A stretch of 64,000 bases of DNA from Candidatus Dojkabacteria bacterium (lineage in GTDB: Bacteria > Patescibacteriota > Dojkabacteria > JAHIVN01), in assembly GCA_016932045.1 (NCBI GenBank), contig JAFGDO010000032.1, forward strand, positions 21,599 to 85,598, read 5' to 3'. The translations under genes were made by a program, and so were the position numbers. This document shows positions 58,344 to 64,000 of the stretch, piece by piece (within the stretch, counting starts at the first letter, position 1; each line of letters opens with the position of its first letter). Under the pieces are notes generated by a model. It saw only the letters and a program-made list of their open reading frames with translations. It did not search any database and was not told the DNA's origin.

Positions 58344-59468
58344 CTAATTCCTTCTTATCTTTTTAAGCAGTTTCTTTTCAAACAACTCTTTTTTCTTACC
58401 CTTAGAAAATAATGATAAGAACCTTAGTCCACCTACTGCAACTTTTTCTCCAATAGGAACAAAAACTGTCCTTCCAAGATTAAAAACATAAGTGACTACT
58501 CCTAACATAATAAGTGTGACAGCAACAAGTGAACTATCTCTTGCATCATCTAGTACACCTGTTGGTGGAAGAGAAGTAATAGCAGTTGTTAGAGAAGTTG
58601 TAAAGGTAGTTGTTAAAGATGTCGTTCCTGGCGTTGTTGGTATAGTTGTTCCTGGTGTTGTTGGTATAGTTGTTCCTGGCGTTGTTGGTATAGTTGTTCC
58701 CGGTGTTGTTGGTATAGTTGTTCCCGGTGTTGTCGGTATAGTTGTTTGCCTAGTTGTTGTGCTGGTTGTTGTTGTTGTCGTTGTAACCTGCAAAGGACAG
58801 CAGCACCCTACATATGCATTGTTGCAATCAGAACAACCTCCAACTGCTCTTCTTGCTCCTGCTGTACTGCAATCACATTTGTATTCATCTGAATTACAGC
58901 TATAGTCGCAGTTACACAAATTTCCTCTACATGTCGGGCCGCCACTCCCACAGAAAAGCATCCCTCCATTTGGACATACAGATGTCGGATTTGCATCCCA
59001 TATGATGCTGTGAGTACAGTTGCCAGCAGTACAACTTGCTGTTGTAAGACAACATCTATTGCCAGGGCTACCGTTCCAGCCACAAGTGCAATCCCCTCCA
59101 GCTGTCGTTGCTTGAGTAGTCGCAGCAGTCGTTGCTTCAGCACACATACCACCTGCACCTGTAGGCTGACAGTTGTGCACATTATCGGTACACCAATCAT
59201 TATTATCATTCTGCCACGCATCTCTTTCGCACGTTTCGCAGCAGTTTCCATCCGGTTTAGGATCACTACAGAATGTTTCTGTGTATCTAAAATGGGTATA
59301 GCCTGCATCTTGACAAGCACCAGCTGCACTAAGTTCCGGCGTAACTGCTTTCTCCTGGCTCAATCTCCAGCCGATATAAATAGCAGCACCGGCAAGTCCT
59401 GCAGTAATAACAAAAATGATAATTAATACTAATCGTGACTTCTTACTCATAGGAGTAGGTTCTGACAA
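58344..59468 (-). CDS. Cys-rich secreted surface protein with a (T)TIPTTPG tandem-repeat linker and a C-terminal LPPTG + TM sorting-signal-like segment
   Basis: 374 aa. N-terminal TM/signal; roughly 40 Cys in CxC/CC-rich modules; a poly-Thr run; six-plus PTTPGTTI repeats; then SLPPTGVLDDARDSSLVAVTLIMLGVVTYVF followed by a basic tail. Overlapping plus-strand ORFs (58492..58905, 58814..59005, 59010..59426) are alternative-frame artefacts of this gene. Confidence 0.6.
   Translation of the reverse strand: MSEPTPMSKKSRLVLIIIFVITAGLAGAAIYIGWRLSQEKAVTPELSAAGACQDAGYTHFRYTETFCSDPKPDGNCCETCERDAWQNDNNDWCTDNVHNCQPTGAGGMCAEATTAATTQATTAGGDCTCGWNGSPGNRCCLTTASCTAGNCTHSIIWDANPTSVCPNGGMLFCGSGGPTCRGNLCNCDYSCNSDEYKCDCSTAGARRAVGGCSDCNNAYVGCCCPLQVTTTTTTTSTTTRQTTIPTTPGTTIPTTPGTTIPTTPGTTIPTTPGTTIPTTPGTTSLTTTFTTSLTTAITSLPPTGVLDDARDSSLVAVTLIMLGVVTYVFNLGRTVFVPIGEKVAVGGLRFLSLFSKGKKKELFEKKLLKKIRRN
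58627..58746. repeat. 24-bp tandem repeat (about 5 units: cctggYgttgttggtatagttgtt) inside the Cys-rich protein gene
   Basis: Direct reading finds units at 58627-58650, 58651-58674, 58675-58698, 58699-58722 and 58723-58746, with degenerate flanking copies. Each encodes TTIPTTPG on the minus strand. Confidence 0.8.
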
Positions 59469-59653
59469 TAATTCAATATAGCAAATTCTTTAACTTCACA
59501 CAAGTAAAGTACTTGTGTCATCACTGATATGTTATTTGTGCTAAGATATTAGCACTGATAAAAACTTTATTCAAGACTTAAATGAGTGATCTAATTGATT
59601 AAGATAATTTAAATGACCCGAATCATCCAGATCACATAGATCCTTTTGATCTT

Positions 59654-60955
59654 CTACTTTCCTCTTGGCTTAATCACTTCCTGGCTGACCCATTTCTGTA
59701 ATACTTTAGGGATCTTTACGCTCCCATCTTCTTGCTGATAGTTCTCAAGTATTGCGATAAGAATTCTTGGTGAAGCAATCGCTGTATTATTTAAGCAATG
59801 CGCATACTTGATATCCCCCTTTTTATTTTTGTACTTAATATTCAATCTCCGCGCCTGCCAATCACCCAAGTTAGAACACGAATGCGTTTCTCCATAAGCT
59901 TTCCTGCTCGGCATCCAAGTTTCAATGTCATACATCTTGTATTTTCCAGCCCCCATGTCACCTGTACACATCTGAATTACCCTATGTGGTAACTCAAGGT
60001 CATTCAGGATCTCTTGAGAGATATCTCGAAGTTTTTCAAACCATTCGTTCGAAGTTACATAATCATTCTTACAGATAATCACCTGTTCAACCTTTGCAAA
60101 TTCGTGAATTCTGTACACACCCTTCGTATCTTTTCCATAGCTTCCGATCTCGCTTCTATAACACTGAGAAAATCCGCACAGTTTAATGGGTAATTCTTCT
60201 TCATCTAGAATCTCATCTGCATGATATCCGCAAAGTGTAACTTCGGCTGTCCCGATAAGGTTTGTACCCTCTTCTTTTTTCTCGTCCAATTCCAATTTTC
60301 CTGCAGGTAAAACCCTGTAAATATTATCTCTGTCAAAGGGAAACCAGCCTGTACCAAATAAGGTAAAATCTTTTGCAAGGGTAGGAGGGATCATTGGAGT
60401 AAAGCCATTTCCAAGCAATTTCTCCAGAGCATACCACAAGACTGCAAGATGAAGCAGCACACCTTCATTCTTCAGAAAGTATCCTCTAAATCCTGAAACC
60501 TTTACTCCTCTATCTAAATCCAGAATATCCAAAATCTTTCCAAGCTCAATGTGATCTCTTGGTTTAAATTCGAATTTAGGTAAATTCCCGACCTTTTCAA
60601 CTTCAACATTCCCACTCTCGTCTTTACCAACAGGAGTATCTTCGGAAGGAATCTGCGGAACATACCACATCAGATTTTCATACTCTTTCTTTACCTTCGA
60701 GAACTTTTCTTCAAGACCAGCTAGTAACTTTTTAATCTCTTGTCCGTTTTTAATTAGCTTCTCGTCTCGTTTCCCTTTTTTCATAACCTGAGCTATCTCA
60801 TTTCTTTTCTGTCTAAGCTCGTCAATCTCGGTCTTCAAAGTTCTTCTCTTTGTATCTAGATCCAGAAGGTAATCCAGATTCAGGTCAATGTTTTTATCTC
60901 GAATCGCATTACGAACTTTCTCTTTATTTTCACGGATGAATTTTATATCCAGCAT
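59654..60955 (-). CDS. serS: seryl-tRNA synthetase
   Basis: 433 aa. N-terminal coiled-coil MLDIKFIRENKEKVRNAIRDKNIDLN...; class II core with FSQCYRSE (motif 2 region) and GETHSCSN...R (motif 3 region). Confidence 0.93.
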   Translation of the reverse strand: MLDIKFIRENKEKVRNAIRDKNIDLNLDYLLDLDTKRRTLKTEIDELRQKRNEIAQVMKKGKRDEKLIKNGQEIKKLLAGLEEKFSKVKKEYENLMWYVPQIPSEDTPVGKDESGNVEVEKVGNLPKFEFKPRDHIELGKILDILDLDRGVKVSGFRGYFLKNEGVLLHLAVLWYALEKLLGNGFTPMIPPTLAKDFTLFGTGWFPFDRDNIYRVLPAGKLELDEKKEEGTNLIGTAEVTLCGYHADEILDEEELPIKLCGFSQCYRSEIGSYGKDTKGVYRIHEFAKVEQVIICKNDYVTSNEWFEKLRDISQEILNDLELPHRVIQMCTGDMGAGKYKMYDIETWMPSRKAYGETHSCSNLGDWQARRLNIKYKNKKGDIKYAHCLNNTAIASPRILIAILENYQQEDGSVKIPKVLQKWVSQEVIKPRGK

Positions 60956-61159
60956 GTTAATTTAATTAATAATTTAGAATTAAGAATGAATAACAAGACT
61001 ATCTAACTATCCAGCTATCCGACCGTTCAGCCATCAATAATACTCAATTTTCAATCTATTTTTCCTGAGCTCTTGACATGAGCTTGTCGAATGTTGCCGA
61101 AGAACAATCTTCAACATACCTTATGATAATTTAAAGCACTGTCTTTCTCCTTCCATAAT

Positions 61160-61450
61160 AACACAAAAACCCTTGTCAAAATACCGATATCCGATATTTA
61201 AACAAGGGTTCTTCGATTTACTCAGAACGGTGCCACCTTTATCTTGATTGTTTAATCGCTCTTCCCTTCGACTCCTCCCGCCTGTCTGCCGACTAGGCTG
61301 GCTAAGCGGGATTCGCTCAGGGCACAGCAGCTATCTCGGGCTTACCCGTTGACTTTCATCAATTACACTTAGTAGTAAATATTACCAAGCTTGAGTGGAT
61401 TCAAGAGAACTTGACTACCTAATCACAGTAAAAAGGCTTTCTGAAAGTGA
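61160..61450 (-). promoter_or_regulatory. putative T-box riboswitch leader of serS; shares the GC-rich core with the ileS leader
   Basis: On the minus strand: the conserved core GGGTAAGCCCG...CTGCTGTGCCCTG-AGCGAATCCCGCTTAGCCAGCCTAGTCGGCAGACAGGCGGGAGGAGTCGAAGGGAAGAGCGATTAA; then AAAGGTGGCACCG (plus 61228-61243), a T-box-like motif; then terminator hairpin aacccttgt...acaaggg + TTTTT (plus 61165-61210). It lies about 190 nt upstream of the serS start. Confidence 0.45.
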
Positions 61451-61547
61451 AGTTCAATTTACTAGCTCATTTAAGAATATTTAATTATAATGCTATTATA
61501 ACAAACCTGTAATTAAATAAACAATTTAATTAAACTATTGTTTCCTT

Positions 61548-62837
61548 ATGAGATTTTATGCTGATCTTCATATACACTCGAGATTTTCGAGGGCGTGCAG
61601 CAAACAACTGACCTTGTCCGAAATCTACAAATGGTGCCGATTAAAAGGAGTTTCCGTTATCGCTACAGGTGATTATACGCACCCTGAATGGCTAGCGGAA
61701 ATTAAGGAACAACTATCGGAGAATAATAATGGGTTATATGAACTTGATAAGAATCTAGCAAAAGAGATCGATAGCTTAATTCCTGAGTCTTGCAAAGGAC
61801 CGGTTAGATTTTTACTGAGCACTGAAATCAGTTTGATCTACAAAAAGAAAGATCGAGTGAGAAAAGTGCATAATGTAATATTAGCACCAAGAATTGAAGT
61901 CGTTGAAAAATTGAATAAAAAACTTGCCAAGATCGGCAATCTTCAAGCTGACGGTCGACCAATCCTGGGTCTTGACGCAAGGGATCTTCTGGAAATCGTG
62001 CTTGAAACAAGTGAAGAATGCATACTCATCCCGGCTCATATCTGGACACCCTGGTTTTCAATCTTCGGAGATAAATCAGGATTTGATTCAATTAAAGAAT
62101 GTTTTGAGGACCTTTCGGATCATATTTACGCAATTGAAACTGGTCTTTCCTCAGATCCCGCGATGAATTGGATGATTAAAGAGCTAGACAATATTACTAT
62201 TATTTCAAATAGCGATGCCCATTCCCCTGAAAAAATTGCACGGGAAGCAAATATATTCGACTGTAAATTATCGTTTACAGAAATAATAGATGCGATCAAA
62301 AAGAATGATAAACGTTTCAAGGGCACCTTGGAATTTTATCCGGAAGAAGGTAAATATCATTATGATGGACACCGATCCTGCAATGTAAGACAAGATCCAA
62401 AAGAAACGATTAAAACTCAAGCGATTTGCCCAAAATGTAAAAAAAGACTAACTGTAGGAGTACTGAATCGCGTCTTCCAGCTTGCACAAAGGAAACGGGG
62501 TGAAAAAAGTCCTAACGCAAAACACTACTTCAATATAATTCCTCTAAAGGAAATTCTTTCAGAAATAATGGGGAAGGGGCCGGCTACAAAAACTGTAAAT
62601 GATGAGTATTTTAAAATTCTTGCAAGATTCGGCAGTGAGCTTGGAGTGCTACAAGAAATTCCTGCAACAAAACTATCTAAACATTCCGATATCCTCGCTC
62701 AGGCTATCAGTAGGATGAGAGCAGGTAGTATAGATATACAACCTGGCTACGATGGATTATATGGCGAGATTTCCATTTTCGATACTCTAGAAAGAGAGCA
62801 ACTCGAAAACCGGAAGCAATTGGGATTAGCAATATGA
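61548..62837 (+). CDS. EndoQ-like nuclease (PHP domain + zinc finger; TIGR00375-type)
   Basis: 429 aa. N-terminal MRFYADLHIHSRFSRA (PHP metal-binding HxH), further His/Asp motifs (ATGDYTHPEW; IPAHIWTPWFS; SNSDAHSPE), and a CPKCKK Zn-ribbon embedded near the C-terminus, as in archaeal/bacterial endonuclease Q. Confidence 0.5.
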   Translation: MRFYADLHIHSRFSRACSKQLTLSEIYKWCRLKGVSVIATGDYTHPEWLAEIKEQLSENNNGLYELDKNLAKEIDSLIPESCKGPVRFLLSTEISLIYKKKDRVRKVHNVILAPRIEVVEKLNKKLAKIGNLQADGRPILGLDARDLLEIVLETSEECILIPAHIWTPWFSIFGDKSGFDSIKECFEDLSDHIYAIETGLSSDPAMNWMIKELDNITIISNSDAHSPEKIAREANIFDCKLSFTEIIDAIKKNDKRFKGTLEFYPEEGKYHYDGHRSCNVRQDPKETIKTQAICPKCKKRLTVGVLNRVFQLAQRKRGEKSPNAKHYFNIIPLKEILSEIMGKGPATKTVNDEYFKILARFGSELGVLQEIPATKLSKHSDILAQAISRMRAGSIDIQPGYDGLYGEISIFDTLEREQLENRKQLGLAI

Positions 62838-62996
62838 CAATTTTTGGTCTCTTCTTGCTGTTCGCTAGTCGCTATTCTTCTATAGCTTAAAGCCGATAGC
62901 TATAAAACTATTTAGCTGTACAATTATGCAAAAAAAACCTATGGCTTTTTTTGTCTTTTGCTTCCTTTTTCAATATACTGTTGTCTAAACACTGCC

Positions 62997-64000
62997 ATGA
63001 AAACAGGTTTTGATCAAACACTAAAATTCTTTAAAAGTTTCACAATAAGCGATATCATCGGCTTTATTATTTTCTTATTGATTCCGCTTGGCCTTTTCGC
63101 TACTGACTTTATATCTCAATACAGAATCTACTTTTACTCTTTGCTCGCTGTTTTTGTTGCTATCTATACGCTTGTCGGCCAATTCTTTTTTGAGGATAAA
63201 ACAACGGGGAAAATTGGAAAAAAATTCTTGTCACTTACTGTCATAAATACACTAATTATTTCTTTTATAAACTTTACAGGGAATATTACAAGTCCGTACT
63301 TCTTCATCCTTTACTTCCTAATCTTTACAGTCTCGATATTTACATCTGTTGAAATGCTGCTTTTTGAATGTTTGATCATTTTCCTTTCCATTTTAGTTTC
63401 CGAAACGTTCAAATATGATTCAATTACCATCCTCCTGCAAAGTATAAGTTCGCAGGAACTTTCAAATCTTCTTTCTATTGTCGCCTCCCTGCCCTTGGCA
63501 ATAGTGATTTCAAGCTTTACCCGAAGCCTGCAGAGGAAGCAGGAACTGCTACTCCTGTCACGGAAACTCCTTATGATAAGAGACATAGAAGATGAGGTTC
63601 TGCTTGAAGAGATAAATCAAGGTATCATAGTACTTGACCAAGAGCTGACCATTGTAAAGATTTCCCGCTGGATAGAAAATAAGTTTAACCTTACTGCGAA
63701 ACTAATTCTGGATAAAAAAATTACCGAACTGACTTTCTTTGATCCGGTTTCAAACAGGAGACTTCTTCCATCAGACAATTTCTATAAAAATCTCCTAACC
63801 ACGACTCCGAATGAACTTAACTGGCGAATTCTTTATAAGAATCAGTATGGTAAATTCATCAAATTTGTCATAAAACAAACTCCGCTTCTTGTAAATAATA
63901 ATAAGCCCATTGGTTTTTTGCTTCTTGTAAAAGAGCCTCCCAAGACTGTGCAGGACTTGGTTTCTTCTTTTAACCAGGTACTGAGTTTCCGTTTGAGTTC
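62997..64000 (+). CDS. membrane sensor-type protein, partial (continues beyond the window end)
   Basis: ATG at 62997. The frame stays open to 64000 without a stop (checked codon by codon over the last 300 nt). There are four hydrophobic helices, then a coiled-coil/PAS-like soluble region (LLLSRKLLMIRDIEDEVLLEEINQGIIVLDQELTIVKISRW). The minus ORF 63311..63586 is antisense noise. Confidence 0.5.
   Translation, partial: MKTGFDQTLKFFKSFTISDIIGFIIFLLIPLGLFATDFISQYRIYFYSLLAVFVAIYTLVGQFFFEDKTTGKIGKKFLSLTVINTLIISFINFTGNITSPYFFILYFLIFTVSIFTSVEMLLFECLIIFLSILVSETFKYDSITILLQSISSQELSNLLSIVASLPLAIVISSFTRSLQRKQELLLLSRKLLMIRDIEDEVLLEEINQGIIVLDQELTIVKISRWIENKFNLTAKLILDKKITELTFFDPVSNRRLLPSDNFYKNLLTTTPNELNWRILYKNQYGKFIKFVIKQTPLLVNNNKPIGFLLLVKEPPKTVQDLVSSFNQVLSFRLS

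Noticed and set aside
58492-59426. Plus-strand ORFs 58492..58905, 58814..59005 and 59010..59426, and minus-strand 58808..59329
   Set aside because: They are alternative frames of the Cys/Thr-repeat surface-protein gene. Repetitive, codon-biased DNA stays open in several frames (VVGIVVPGVVGIVV... is the repeat read in another frame).
63311-63586. Minus-strand 91-aa ORF
   Set aside because: Antisense within the partial sensor-protein gene, which stays open to the window end.
1-64000. CRISPR arrays, rRNA genes, transposases/IS elements and prophage blocks
   Set aside because: No regularly spaced direct repeats with unique spacers, no rRNA-like conserved stretches, and no integrase/transposase-like ORFs were seen. 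The only tandem repeat (58627-58746) is coding and lacks spacers.

Overview
This is an AT-rich, gene-dense bacterial window (about mid-30s % GC by eye, not computed). Small intergenic gaps, many short hypothetical proteins and Gram-positive-style LPxTG sorting signals are consistent with a reduced-genome, possibly Patescibacteria/CPR-like organism. That placement is inference only. Standard code 11 appears to be used, because the long ORFs (IleS at 973 aa, ArgS at 924 aa) are intact.

Housekeeping genes recognised from motifs:
- RNA turnover and cell wall: pnp (partial at the window edge), mltG, ruvX.
- Translation: ileS, argS (carrying an N-terminal B3/4-domain extension), serS, infB, def.
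- Replication and division: ftsK, dnaG, rodZ, hup (HU), a UvrD-family helicase, a ComM/YifB-type ATPase.
- Stress and regulation: Hsp20, an ECF sigma factor with a PEGA-domain anti-sigma-like partner.
- One tRNA-Lys(UUU) on the minus strand.

RNA elements: three aminoacyl-tRNA synthetase genes (ileS, argS, serS) each carry a 5' leader that ends in a T-box-like GGTGGYACC motif followed by an intrinsic terminator. These are putative T-box riboswitches. The ileS and serS leaders also share a near-identical GC-rich core of about 65 nt.

Accessory content:
- A HigB/HigA-like toxin-antitoxin pair.
- A candidate cohesin-dockerin-like surface system: a parallel beta-helix secreted protein with a C-terminal duplicated dockerin-like Ca-loop segment, followed by two tandem cohesin-like proteins with LPxTG-type sorting signals.
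- A minus-strand cluster resembling a protein O-mannosylation pathway (GT2 polyprenol-phosphate-sugar synthase, two GT-C/PMT-like membrane glycosyltransferases, a NodU/CmcH carbamoyltransferase, a radical SAM/SPASM enzyme). It sits beside a Cys-rich, Thr/Pro-repeat, LPPTG-bearing surface protein that contains a 24-bp tandem repeat.
- An EndoQ-like PHP/zinc-finger nuclease.

No CRISPR array, rRNA or obvious transposase was seen.
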